Source: Rhabdothermincola salaria (GTDB lineage: Bacteria > Actinomycetota > Acidimicrobiia > Acidimicrobiales > Acidimicrobilacustridaceae). From it: a stretch of DNA of 64,000 nucleotides. The stretch lies in the NCBI RefSeq assembly GCF_021246445.1, contig NZ_JAJQXW010000003.1, positions 1 to 64,000 on the forward strand, read 5' to 3'. Made by a program: the position numbers and the translations under genes. The notes below the pieces were generated by a model. That model did not search any database. It had not been told where the DNA came from and saw nothing but the letters and a program-made list of their open reading frames with translations. This document shows positions 1 to 11,651 of this stretch, piece by piece; position 1 is the first letter of the stretch; every line of letters starts with the position of its first letter.

Positions 1-297
1 CGACCCGTCGAACAGCAACTTGGCCAGGGTGGGCCACACCGCCAGGCGTCGAGCACGCGCCGCGAGGGCTTTGGCGTCGCCGTCGGTGAGCGCCACATGG
101 GCTTTCAACCAGCCCACCGCCGAGCGGAACCCGTCGACGTCGTGGCCACCGGTGGCGAAGAACCCGCACAGGGTCTCGAGCACGGTCACCTCGACCCGCT
201 CGCGCAGAGCGAACAGGTCGACCACGTCGGCCGACACCGGGGCCACGGTCAACTCGCCGACCGCTTCCTCCAGTTCCCCCAACGTGGTGGTGACCAT
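1..297 (-). CDS. DUF222 (13E12-type) protein, N-terminal part; runs off the window edge
   Basis: Not in the ORF track. Translated by hand from ATG 297: MVTTTLGELEEAVGELTVAPVSADVVDLFALRERVEV...DVDGFRSAVGWLKAHVALTDGDAKALAARARRLAVWPTLAKLLFDGS, open to position 1. The DGFRSAVGWL segment is typical of DUF222/HNH N-termini. A -10 TAGACT lies 7 nt upstream. Confidence 0.7.
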   Translation of the reverse strand, partial: MVTTTLGELEEAVGELTVAPVSADVVDLFALRERVEVTVLETLCGFFATGGHDVDGFRSAVGWLKAHVALTDGDAKALAARARRLAVWPTLAKLLFDGS

Positions 298-304
298 GCG
301 TCGA

Positions 305-326
305 AGTCTACAGGACAGGTGTTCGA
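305..326 (-). promoter_or_regulatory. Putative LexA (SOS) box abutting a -10 box, leaderless promoter
   Basis: Minus strand reads TCGAAC-ACCT-GTCCTG then TAGACT, 7 nt, ATG. Partial match to actinobacterial TCGAAC-N4-GTTCGA; same layout as the dinB promoter. Confidence 0.55.
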
Positions 327-767
327 TGTCCACCTCGAATCGGCAGGATCCATATGTATATTGTCGTTCGAGTCGAGGCCGGCAACGCGGTGTTCGCCGG
401 ACCCGTTCTGAAGTGCCGTGGGCCGGCCACATCGACCGAGGCCACCACCGTCTGCGCGGATGCGCTCAGGCGTCGCGTCCTGACCCACCCCGCTCCCACC
501 GCATAGCGAGCGCGCGGACCGGCGCAGCGGCGGCGACGACCTGCACGCGTTCGACACGACCGCCGGTGCCCGAACTGGACAGAACGACTGCCGGACCACG
601 CGCCGGGGTCGGGGGGATCAGCCGTGACCCGGGAGGCCTTGCACGACCCGTCACACCAGCAGGAATCCGCCTCGACCATCGCTGCTGAGGTGGGACCACG
701 GGCGAAGCAGGGCCCCGAGGACCTTCCTGAGGCGATGGATCGATCGCCCCGGTCAGCCCGGGCGGCG

Positions 768-1208
768 CTACCGGGGGGGGAGGCGCACGATCGCCAACCA
801 GAAGTCCTCGATCGAGCGGATCGCCTCGACGAACTCCTCGAAGCGCACCGGCTTGGTGACGAAGCTGTTGGCGTGGAGCTGGTAGGAGCTCAAGATGTCC
901 GCCTCGGCCGACGAGGTGGTGAGCACGACCACCGGGATGGTGCTGAGCTCGGGGTCGCCCTTGACCTCGGCCAGGACCTCTCGGCCGCTCATCACCGGCA
1001 GGTTCAGGTCCAACAGGATCAGGTCGGGCCGCGGGGCCGACTCGTAGGGAGGCTCGCCGCGCAGGAAGGCCATCGCCTGGGCACCGTCCTCCACGACGGA
1101 GAGGTTGTTGGCGAAGCGAGCCCTTCGCAGCGAGTGGATGGTGAGGTTCACGTCGCCCGGGCTGTCCTCGACCAGGAGGATCTCGACCGGTTGGGCCTCA
1201 CTGCTCAT
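768..1208 (-). CDS. Single-domain response regulator (Rcp1-like)
   Basis: EILLVEDSPGD, PDLILLDLNLP, VVVLTTS, NSFVTKP. ATGA overlap with the kinase stop. Confidence 0.92.
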   Translation of the reverse strand: MSSEAQPVEILLVEDSPGDVNLTIHSLRRARFANNLSVVEDGAQAMAFLRGEPPYESAPRPDLILLDLNLPVMSGREVLAEVKGDPELSTIPVVVLTTSSAEADILSSYQLHANSFVTKPVRFEEFVEAIRSIEDFWLAIVRLPPR

Positions 1209-2458
1209 CGGGGCTCCTCTCCCGCGAGCGCTGGTCGTGGGTGAGGGATGGTGACGGTCACGCAGGTGCCCCCTCCGGGGTTGTCGGCCAGCGTGATGGT
1301 GCCGTCGTAGCGACGGGCGATCTTGCGGCACACCGCCAGACCCACTCCGGTCCCGGCGTAGGCGCTACGGCCGTGCAACCGCTGGAACATCCCGAAGACC
1401 CGCTCGCGCTGGTGCTCGGGGACACCGATGCCGTTGTCGCACACCGTGAGCGAGGTGGCCCCGGCGTCGGAGGTGCTGCTCACGTGGACCTGCGGGACAC
1501 GATCGGCGGCGCGGAACTTGATGGCGTTGGACAACAGGTTGGTCACCAGCTGGATCATCTCGCTGTCGACGGCCACCACCGGATGCAGCTCGGAACGGGT
1601 GACCACCGCACCCGCGTCGTCGATCATGGAGCCGAGTTGGGCGAGGGCGGCGTCGACGACCGCGTCGAGATCGACGTCGACGCGGGGTGGGTCGTCCCGC
1701 CCGATGCGGCTGTACTCGAGGAGGTCGTCGATGAGGCGCCGCAGGCGGGTGCAGCCGTCGACGGCGAAGCCGATCCACTCGGTGGCCTCGTCGCCGAGGC
1801 GGTCGCCGTACTCCTCGCGAAGGAGCTCGACGTGACCACTGATCACGCGCAACGGCTCGGACAGATCGTGCGACACCACGTAGCTGAACTCGTCGAGCTC
1901 GGCGTTCGAGCGTTCGAGGGCGACGTTCCTGCGCTCGAGTGCGCTCATGGCGTCGGCCGCGGCCCGTTCCGCCGACACCTGCTCGGTGACGTCCACCGCT
2001 TGGCGAACGACCACGGGCTCGGCGCTCGCCGACGAGTCGGGGGTCCGGAGGCTGGTGACCTCGAGCGACGCGGAGATCCGCAGGCACACGACCCTCCCGT
2101 CAGGGTGGGTCCAGCGCTGGCGGTACTGGACCTCGTCCTGCCGGCCGGCGTAGAGCTCCTCGAGCATCGTGGCCTCGGCCGAGCAATCCTCGGGCGCCAC
2201 GCCGACGTCGATCCCTTCGTGGAGGAGCTCCTCGGGCCCACGACCGGCGAGTCGACACCACGAGGCGTTGGCCCACAACACCTCGCCCGAGCGCGAGCTG
2301 ATGGCCATCCCCACCGGCGCGTTGTCGAGGACGCGGTAGGGCAGCTCGAACTCCCCACCCGACCCCCAGCCCGGGACCATGACGCCGAAGGCATGCGCCG
2401 TCGACCCCGGGCCCGATGCAGTGCCGAGACGACCCGCTGGAGTTCCCGCCTCGGTCAT
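1205..2458 (-). CDS. PAS-domain sensor histidine kinase (cytoplasmic)
   Basis: H-box VVSHDLSEPLR, N-box NLLSNAIKF, DNGIG, F-box FGMFQRL, GTGVGLA. N-terminal PAS-like segment. Start ATG 2458 with GAGGGAG upstream. Confidence 0.9.
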   Translation of the reverse strand: MTEAGTPAGRLGTASGPGSTAHAFGVMVPGWGSGGEFELPYRVLDNAPVGMAISSRSGEVLWANASWCRLAGRGPEELLHEGIDVGVAPEDCSAEATMLEELYAGRQDEVQYRQRWTHPDGRVVCLRISASLEVTSLRTPDSSASAEPVVVRQAVDVTEQVSAERAAADAMSALERRNVALERSNAELDEFSYVVSHDLSEPLRVISGHVELLREEYGDRLGDEATEWIGFAVDGCTRLRRLIDDLLEYSRIGRDDPPRVDVDLDAVVDAALAQLGSMIDDAGAVVTRSELHPVVAVDSEMIQLVTNLLSNAIKFRAADRVPQVHVSSTSDAGATSLTVCDNGIGVPEHQRERVFGMFQRLHGRSAYAGTGVGLAVCRKIARRYDGTITLADNPGGGTCVTVTIPHPRPALAGEEPR

Positions 2459-2644
2459 CGAGCCCGCTCCCTCATCGACGTTCGGACCACGACACGCCCA
2501 CTCGTCCCGGAGCTGTGGCGCCGGCACTCTGCGTACGCCGTCCGGAGGCACCACCATATAATCACCACCGTATACTCGTAGGAACAGCTGCCTTAGCAGT
2601 AAATGCAATCGGGTCCACCACAGGCGCGAGGGAGGACGCGGAGC

Positions 2645-5600
2645 GTGAGTTCCAGCAACGAGGAGGCGGGTCGTCTCGACCCGCGGATCGGCCATCCCGT
2701 GCTCCGGCCCGAAGCGGCATGGACGACCATGCCCTCGCCGGCAGTCCTCCTCGATGCCAGCGGGACGATCATCGAAACCAACGTGGCCTGGGACCTGGCT
2801 GCGGCGCTCAACGAGGGCGATCTCGCCAGCTGCGGCGTGCGGGCCAACTACCTCGAGGTGTGCGACGCGGCCAGGGCCGACCCCTCGGCGGCCGAACTGG
2901 CTCGGGCCCTGCGGGCCATCTTCACCGGCGACCGCACCAGCTTCACCGCCCGCTACCGTGCCGCCACCCCCGACGGGGTGCGCACCTCGGTCGTACAGGC
3001 CAAGGCGGCGCTGTGGGCCGGGGCAACCGGAGCACTTGTCGTCCACGACGACATCACCATCTGGGCGGCACTCGAAGCATCCGTCACCGCGATGGCCCCG
3101 ACCAGCCCCCTGGTGCCGTTCAGTTCCGCCCTACCCGGTGCCATCGACCCGTTCGGCGACTTGGATCGAGTACCGCAGGCCGCGACCCTCGGGCTGGTCT
3201 GGGTGGACTTCCCGGGATTCTCCGAGATGGCATCCACGCTCGGGATCCACGCCGCCCATCATGTGGCGGTCGAGCTGGGGCGACGAATCGACGACGCCGT
3301 GGACGCGACTGCCACGGTCTGCCGGGTGGGGATCAGCCAGTTGTTCGTCGTCCTTCCGGACGCCGGCCCGGAGACCACGCACGCCACCGCCAACAGACTG
3401 GCCGACCGGCTGGGGCGACCTCAGCGCTGCGGTACCGCCGAGGTGTGGTCGAGCGTCGACATCGGGGTCCATCACTGGGTCGGTGACGGGGTCCCGCGAT
3501 GGCAGGAGCTACTGACCGTCGCTCGCCGTACCGCCACCCGTTCGGGCGAGACCCGTATACGTGACTGGGCGATGGCGCCCATGCGGACCACCCCTCAGCG
3601 CCCCCAGACCCGGGACACTCGCCGCACCCCCGCACCACGGTCGCCTGACGGGCTCTTCGTGCTCGTGGTCGAGGACAACCCCGGCGACGTCAGCCTCCTT
3701 CGCCGCCAACTGGACCGCAAGACCTTCGACCCCGCCCGGGTGGTCGTGGCCGAGTCCCTCGCCGAGGCCCACACGATCCTCGACACCACTCACGTCGACT
3801 GCGCCGTCCTCGACCTGGGCCTGCCCGACGCCCAGGGGGCACAGGCCCTCCACGAGCTACGGGCCGCCCATCCCTTCCTGCCGATCGTGGTGCTCACCGG
3901 ACGCGACGACGAGGAGCTCGGCCGGACGCTGGCGCGAGCAGGAGCGCAGGACTTCCTGCGCAAGGGCACCTACAGCCCGAGCGAGCTGAACCGCTCGCTG
4001 GCCTTCGCAGTGGAGCGGATGCGCGCCGTTGCGCTCGACCGGAGGATGTCCGCACTCATGGGCGGCGCCGAGGCCATGGTGATGGTGCTCGACGGCGACC
4101 ACCGCGTGACCTACTCGAGCAACGCCCTGTCGATGGCCGTCGGACGCTGGAACGCCGACCTGGTCGGCGCGCGTCTCGACGACCTCTTCGACGATCGAGA
4201 CGCCGCAGCCATCGCGGAGCGCCTCGACGCGCTCGATGGCGACAAGAGCACCGGCGAGCCACCGATCGTCACCCTCGCCCGGGCCCAGGGAGGGACCCGG
4301 CCACTGCGGATCTCGATCGAGGACATGCGCCGCGAGCCGAGCGTTCGTGGCGTCGTGGTGCGCCTCCACGACGACTCCGCCCGTCTGGCCGCCATAGCCG
4401 AGCTCCAGGTCGAACGAGTCCTGCACGAGACCATCGCCACGCAGTCCCACGAGATGGTGCTCTTCTTCGAACCCGGCGGGGTCATCACCTGGGCCAGCGG
4501 CGCGGCCCGAAACCTGTTCGGGGTGGATCCGTCCGAGCTCATCGGCCTCACCGGCTACGAGCTCGTCGACCCGGCGGACCGCGACGCAGTGGTGCAGCGG
4601 CTCAGCGCCATCCCGGAGCTGGGCGACTCGGTCACCTCCGAGTTCCGCATCACGTTGCCGTCCGGCGAGACGCGCTGGGTGGAGGAGATCGTCACCAACT
4701 TCGTGGACGACCCAGCCATCGGGGTGGTGGTCGGCAACTACCGCGACGTCACCGAGCGGCGCCACCACGAGGACGAGGTGCGCATGAAGTCGGACCTCCT
4801 CGCGGCGGTCGGACAACCGGTGATGGCGGTCGACGCCGAGAGCCGGATCACCTACTGGAACCGGGCGGCCGAGAAGACCTTCGGATGGTCGTCCGAGGAA
4901 GTGATCGGACACCCGGCTCGGCACCTCGTCGCACACCTCTCTCCCTCCCAGGCGGCCGACGCCACCCGTGCGCTCGGCAGCGAAGGGGGGACGTGGACGA
5001 CCGATCTTGCCATCGCGACCAAGGACGGCGGCAGCGTGGACGTCGCCGTGTCGGCCACGTCGGTTCGGACCCAGGGTGCCTACGACGGCTACATCGCGGT
5101 GGCGACGGACATCAGCGACCGGGTGGCCCGTGAGCGGGCCTCGGCGCAGCTGGCGGCGATCGTGCGCGCCTCCTCCGACGCCATCTACTCGATCGGGGCC
5201 GACCGGCGGATCCTCACCTGGAACGAGGGAGCCGCGAAGATCTTCGGCTACGACGAGGCGCAGGCCCTGGGGCTCGACGCCACGGTGCTGGCGCCTGCCG
5301 GGCATCGAGAGGAGATGGACCGCCTCGTCGACGACGTCTTCGCGGGACGCGAGGTCAAGGCCTTCAACACCGTTCGCCAGCGCGCCGACGGGACCACCTT
5401 CGACGTGGCTGCCTCGCTGTCGCCGGTCCACGACCCGGCGGGTCAGGTCACGTCCGTGGCTGCCGTCTCACGCGACATCAGCGAGCACATGGACGTCGTG
5501 CGTTCCCTCGGGCTGCGCAGCCAACAGCTGCGCGACGCGCAGCGCACGGCCAACCTCGGCAGCTTCGAGGTCGACCTCATCACGGGCGAGGTGACGCGAT

Positions 5601-7165
5601 CCGAGGAGTTGCGGCGGATCCTGGGAGGGCTGTCCGAGGAACGCAAGGACGTGGCGTGGGACTTCGTGCATCCCGACGACGTCGATCTGGCCCGCTCGAT
5701 CTACGACCGAGCGGTCGCCGGGGACCACGACGCAGCCATCGACTACCGCATCGTGCGGCCCGACGGCGAGGTCCGCTGGGTGTCGACCAAGTGGGAACGC
5801 ACCAGGCAGGGCACCCGCCCGATGATCGTCGGAACGGTGCTCGACATCACCACCAGCAAGACCTACGAGCTCGAGCTCGAGCGGTTGGCCTTCCACGACG
5901 CGATGGCCGACCTGCCCAACCGCGCCGCGCTCACCCGGGATCTCGCCGGGATCCTCGACGACGGGGTCGGCGGCGATCAGGTGTGGACCGTGGCCATGAT
6001 CGACCTCGACGACTTCAAGGTGGTCAACGACAGCTACGGGCACAGCATCGGCGACGAGCTGCTCCGCCTCCTCGCCATCCGACTCCGCTCGACGATCACC
6101 GAGGGCGACCTCCTCTTCCGCTTCGGCAGCGATCAGTTCGTGGTCCTGCGCAAGAACAGCGGTGACGGCCGAGAGCTCGCCTCTCGTGTGCTCGGTGCCA
6201 TCCGACGCCCGTGCACGGTCGCCGACCACACGCTGCACGTCACCGCCAGCGTCGGCCTCGCCTCGACCACCCAGGCCAGCACACCCGAAACGGTGGTGCG
6301 AGACGCCGACATCGCCCTCCACGCCGCCAAGGAGGCCGGGCGGGATCGGGCCGTCACCTTCGACGACGCGCTCCGCCATGCCCTGCTCGATCGGCAGCGA
6401 TTGGAGCGCGGGCTGCGCGACGCCCTCGTCGAGGGCGGGCTGCGCCTCGTCTACCAGCCGGTGCTGGCGCTTTCCACCGGTCAGACGATCGGCTTCGAGG
6501 CCCTGATGCGCTGGGACCACCCGGAGCTCGGCGCGGTGCCGCCGAGCCGCTTCATTCCTCTCGCCGAGCGAACGGGGCTCATCGACGCGCTGGGCTCGTG
6601 GACGCTGCGCACTGCCCTGGGCCAGGTCACCCGCTGGCTCGAGCAGGCCGGCCCGCAACATGCTCCCTGGGTGGCCGTGAACCTCTCCGCCGTGCAGCTG
6701 CGGTCGCCGCACCTGGTGACCGAGGTGCGGTCGCTGCTCGACGAGTTCGGCCTTCCTCCGGACCGCCTGCACCTCGAGCTCACCGAGACGGCGATGATGA
6801 GCGACGTCGAGGATTCGCTGGAGCGCCTGGGACAGCTTCGCGAGCTGGGCGTGGAGCTCGACATCGACGACTTCGGCACTGGCTACTCCTCGCTGAGCTA
6901 TCTGCGCCGGATGCCACTGAGCACCCTGAAGATCGATCGGTCCTTCGTCGACGGGCTCGGGAGCGACGCCGGTGACACGGCCATCGCCCGAGCCATCATC
7001 GGTCTCGCTCGCGACCTCGGCATGCGGGTCCAAGCCGAGGGGGTCGAGACCGAACAGCAGCTCGCGGTCCTCGAGTCCCTGGGCTGCGACCGGGCCCAGG
7101 GCTATCTCTGGAGCCCAGGGCTGGACCCCGACGCGACCGACATCTGGCTCACTCGGGGCGGGTGA
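2645..7165 (+). CDS. Multidomain PAS/REC/PAS-repeat/GGDEF/EAL protein, likely c-di-GMP phosphodiesterase
   Basis: REC (VLVVEDNPGD, AVLDLGLPD), several PAS/PAC motifs, GGDEF domain with GSDQF at the signature, intact EAL domain (FEALMRW, ELTE, DDFGTGYSSL, LKIDRSFV, AEGVE). GTG 2645 follows GGAGG. Confidence 0.92.
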   Translation: MSSSNEEAGRLDPRIGHPVLRPEAAWTTMPSPAVLLDASGTIIETNVAWDLAAALNEGDLASCGVRANYLEVCDAARADPSAAELARALRAIFTGDRTSFTARYRAATPDGVRTSVVQAKAALWAGATGALVVHDDITIWAALEASVTAMAPTSPLVPFSSALPGAIDPFGDLDRVPQAATLGLVWVDFPGFSEMASTLGIHAAHHVAVELGRRIDDAVDATATVCRVGISQLFVVLPDAGPETTHATANRLADRLGRPQRCGTAEVWSSVDIGVHHWVGDGVPRWQELLTVARRTATRSGETRIRDWAMAPMRTTPQRPQTRDTRRTPAPRSPDGLFVLVVEDNPGDVSLLRRQLDRKTFDPARVVVAESLAEAHTILDTTHVDCAVLDLGLPDAQGAQALHELRAAHPFLPIVVLTGRDDEELGRTLARAGAQDFLRKGTYSPSELNRSLAFAVERMRAVALDRRMSALMGGAEAMVMVLDGDHRVTYSSNALSMAVGRWNADLVGARLDDLFDDRDAAAIAERLDALDGDKSTGEPPIVTLARAQGGTRPLRISIEDMRREPSVRGVVVRLHDDSARLAAIAELQVERVLHETIATQSHEMVLFFEPGGVITWASGAARNLFGVDPSELIGLTGYELVDPADRDAVVQRLSAIPELGDSVTSEFRITLPSGETRWVEEIVTNFVDDPAIGVVVGNYRDVTERRHHEDEVRMKSDLLAAVGQPVMAVDAESRITYWNRAAEKTFGWSSEEVIGHPARHLVAHLSPSQAADATRALGSEGGTWTTDLAIATKDGGSVDVAVSATSVRTQGAYDGYIAVATDISDRVARERASAQLAAIVRASSDAIYSIGADRRILTWNEGAAKIFGYDEAQALGLDATVLAPAGHREEMDRLVDDVFAGREVKAFNTVRQRADGTTFDVAASLSPVHDPAGQVTSVAAVSRDISEHMDVVRSLGLRSQQLRDAQRTANLGSFEVDLITGEVTRSEELRRILGGLSEERKDVAWDFVHPDDVDLARSIYDRAVAGDHDAAIDYRIVRPDGEVRWVSTKWERTRQGTRPMIVGTVLDITTSKTYELELERLAFHDAMADLPNRAALTRDLAGILDDGVGGDQVWTVAMIDLDDFKVVNDSYGHSIGDELLRLLAIRLRSTITEGDLLFRFGSDQFVVLRKNSGDGRELASRVLGAIRRPCTVADHTLHVTASVGLASTTQASTPETVVRDADIALHAAKEAGRDRAVTFDDALRHALLDRQRLERGLRDALVEGGLRLVYQPVLALSTGQTIGFEALMRWDHPELGAVPPSRFIPLAERTGLIDALGSWTLRTALGQVTRWLEQAGPQHAPWVAVNLSAVQLRSPHLVTEVRSLLDEFGLPPDRLHLELTETAMMSDVEDSLERLGQLRELGVELDIDDFGTGYSSLSYLRRMPLSTLKIDRSFVDGLGSDAGDTAIARAIIGLARDLGMRVQAEGVETEQQLAVLESLGCDRAQGYLWSPGLDPDATDIWLTRGG

Positions 7166-7247
7166 GCCGGCGCACCGGTCGACCTCACGAGCGAGGTGAC
7201 CCGACCGTGGTTCCAGTGGTGAGGGGGTGGCCGAGCGCACCCGGGCG

Positions 7248-9257
<2,010 letters not shown>

Positions 9258-9345
9258 GACGAGCGACCTCCGAGGGTCGTGGTGGCAGACGGGGTCGGGC
9301 GGCGATCGCCACGCCACCGTCCGGCGAACAGGGTGGACGCCGCCG

Positions 9346-10848
9346 TCATCCGGCGGCCGCCGTGGCCTCGAACGACGCCCAGCGCTGGCCGAAGGCCATC
9401 ACCGTGCCGGAGACGACCGGAACGGTGACGTGGGGCGACAGGCGGGTGTAGGTCGATGCACCCGGCGCCAGCAGGTGGCTGCCGTTGGAGGACCCGAGGT
9501 CCTCCACCATCACCTCCCAACCGTCGAGGTGGATGCGCAGGTGGTTCCGCGACACCGAGCGATCATCGACGATGGCCACCAGGTGACCGTCCGGTTGGGG
9601 GTCTCGGCCGAGGACCAGGTCGTCGCTCAGCTGGTAGATGGAGCCGTCGTCGAGGGTCACGATCCCCAACGGCGGACGGGTGCCGAGCACCCCGATCTCG
9701 CCGTCGCGCCCGATGGCGATCGACTGGTTCTGCATGTTGTCGCCGCACAGGTAGCACAGGCGGCTCTCGGGGTTGTTGAAGTGGCCGTTGCGGCAGTGCA
9801 GGCCCCTGACCTGCACGCCCCGGTCGTCGACGACGACCTTGGGCAGGGGTTCGCGGGCGCCGCCGGCACCGAGGTCCACGAATGTGCCCGGCGCCGCCGG
9901 CGGCGGCGGGCCCGCCGGACGCGGTGGCGCTCCGGGGGGACGCGGAGGACCACCCGGGGGCGGGGCCGGGCCACCCGGGGGCGGGGGCGGGCCACCCAGA
10001 GGCGGAGCAGGGCCGCCCGGAGGAGGCGGGGGACCGCCGGGGGGCGGTGGCCATGCGCTCGGGGGCGGTGGTGCGCCCGGAGGGGTGGCCCGACCGGCCA
10101 CCGGTGCCGGGTCGGCCGACGGGGCAGGAGGCGCCGCCGGTGCCGGCCGGGGCGGGGTGGACGGCTCGACGATCGGCATCGCCGACGTGGGGGGCGACAG
10201 GGCCTCGGCCTCCACCTCCGAGGCCGGTGTGCTCTCGGGCTCCGGCGCGCTCTCGGGCTCCGGCGCGCTCTCCGGTTCTGACGCGCTCTCGGGTTCCGGC
10301 GCGCTCTCCGGCTCGGAGCTCGGGTCCGGCTCGCTCGCCGCACGCGGCGTCGCGGTCGACTGCTCCGCAACCCCGTTGCGGTCGACCCGGGCTCGGCCCG
10401 CCACGCTGGCTCCGGCAGCCGGCACCATCCCTTCGCGCAACCAGGTCCCCTCCTGGGCAGGGGCGTGGCTCCCCTCGACGGCCAGGAGCCACGCACCGGC
10501 GGTCGACAAAGGCACGCCGTCCGCACTCGCGCCATCCGCCCCCGGGCCGTCCTGGTCGGCAGGATCGCTCGGCCCGGCGGCGGCGTCCGGCACCAGGATG
10601 CGAACCCCTCCCCACCGGCGCAGCTCGGTCCGTCCGTCCGGGAGTCGGCGGGCCCAGCCGACGCCCTCGGCGCCGGCGTCGAGCAACACGGCCACCCCGG
10701 CCTCGTCGAGGGACTCCACCGACCCCGGTCCGAGCAGATCGGCCGCCGCGGCCGGCGTGAGCAGGCCGGGGGCCAGCACCACCACGGTGGCGCCACCGGC
10801 CACGACCAGCCCGGTTCCGGGATGGAGGCGGATCATCTCGTCGGTCAT
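9346..10848 (-). CDS. FHA-domain protein with Zn ribbon and Pro/Glu-rich repeat linker
   Basis: FHA motifs LVLGRDP, SVSRNH, EDLGSSNGS. CRNGH...CYLC lies upstream of the FHA domain. Confidence 0.88.
   Translation of the reverse strand: MTDEMIRLHPGTGLVVAGGATVVVLAPGLLTPAAAADLLGPGSVESLDEAGVAVLLDAGAEGVGWARRLPDGRTELRRWGGVRILVPDAAAGPSDPADQDGPGADGASADGVPLSTAGAWLLAVEGSHAPAQEGTWLREGMVPAAGASVAGRARVDRNGVAEQSTATPRAASEPDPSSEPESAPEPESASEPESAPEPESAPEPESTPASEVEAEALSPPTSAMPIVEPSTPPRPAPAAPPAPSADPAPVAGRATPPGAPPPPSAWPPPPGGPPPPPGGPAPPLGGPPPPPGGPAPPPGGPPRPPGAPPRPAGPPPPAAPGTFVDLGAGGAREPLPKVVVDDRGVQVRGLHCRNGHFNNPESRLCYLCGDNMQNQSIAIGRDGEIGVLGTRPPLGIVTLDDGSIYQLSDDLVLGRDPQPDGHLVAIVDDRSVSRNHLRIHLDGWEVMVEDLGSSNGSHLLAPGASTYTRLSPHVTVPVVSGTVMAFGQRWASFEATAAAG
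10231..10330. repeat. 18-bp coding tandem repeat (EPESAP-like, about 5 units) in the FHA protein
   Basis: gctctcgggctccggcgc and variants at 10231, 10249, 10267, 10285, 10303. Confidence 0.85.
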
Positions 10849-11651
10849 CGTCGCGACTCCGCATCGTCGATGGCGCGCGCCAGCTCGAGGGCGTCGGCGT
10901 ACCGGGCCGCCGGGTCCGGGTCCATGGCCTGCTCGATCACCGGACGCAGCGCCGCCGGGCAGCTGTCGGCGATGACGGGCGGCTCGCTCAGGGCGTGTCT
11001 GATCACGGTGACGATGTCGCCGCTGGGCAGGTCGGGACGCACCGACTCCCCCGTCGCGACCCGATGGAGCGTGGCGCCCAGGCTCCAGATGTCGGAGCTG
11101 CGACCCATCCGTTCACCGCGCAACAGCGCCGTGTCGGTGTACTCGAGCCCTCCGATCGGGCCGATGCCCGTCGACGTCATGCCCGGTCGGAGGACCTCGG
11201 CCAGTCCCAGGTCGCCGAGGATCCCGCCGTCGTCGGTCACGTAGATGGTGCGAGGTGAGATGTCGCGGTGGATGATCCCCGCCTCGTGCAGCGCATGGGC
11301 ACCGAGCGCCGCGTCCCTGACGGCCGGCACGGCCTGGGGCAGCTCGGAGGCCAGGCCCTCGACGAGGTGGGCCGACAGGGTGCCGAGCGGCAGGTAGGAG
11401 AAGGCGTAGAACAGTCGTCCGGCGGCGTGGCCGGCGTCGAGCACCGAGACCACGTGGGAGTCCTGCACCGATGCCAGCGCCTGCATCTCGCGGGCGAAGC
11501 GGTCGAACTCGCGCTCGGCTGCGACCTCGGGCAGCACCTTGACGACCACCTGGTCGGCGTCGATCGCCAAGCGGCCCGGTGGTGCCGCCAGGTAGAGGTC
11601 GCCGTAGGTGGAGGGGCCCAACGGACGGATGAGGGTGTAGTCGGCGATCAT
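10845..11651 (-). CDS. Stand-alone Ser/Thr kinase-like domain protein with atypical motifs
   Basis: MIADYTLIRPLGPSTYG, VVVK, HRDISPRT, GDLG, SDIWSLG, PAARY. ATGA overlaps at both ends. The ORF track over-extends the start to 12833. Confidence 0.85.
   Translation of the reverse strand: MIADYTLIRPLGPSTYGDLYLAAPPGRLAIDADQVVVKVLPEVAAEREFDRFAREMQALASVQDSHVVSVLDAGHAAGRLFYAFSYLPLGTLSAHLVEGLASELPQAVPAVRDAALGAHALHEAGIIHRDISPRTIYVTDDGGILGDLGLAEVLRPGMTSTGIGPIGGLEYTDTALLRGERMGRSSDIWSLGATLHRVATGESVRPDLPSGDIVTVIRHALSEPPVIADSCPAALRPVIEQAMDPDPAARYADALELARAIDDAESRR

Noticed and set aside
400..760. Small ORFs or ncRNA between the DUF222 gene and the response regulator
   Set aside because: No recognisable motif, RBS or RNA family signature; cannot be supported by eye.
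773..780. G8 homopolymer as a phase-variation tract
   Set aside because: It lies in the last codons of the response regulator, so slippage would change only the extreme C-terminus.
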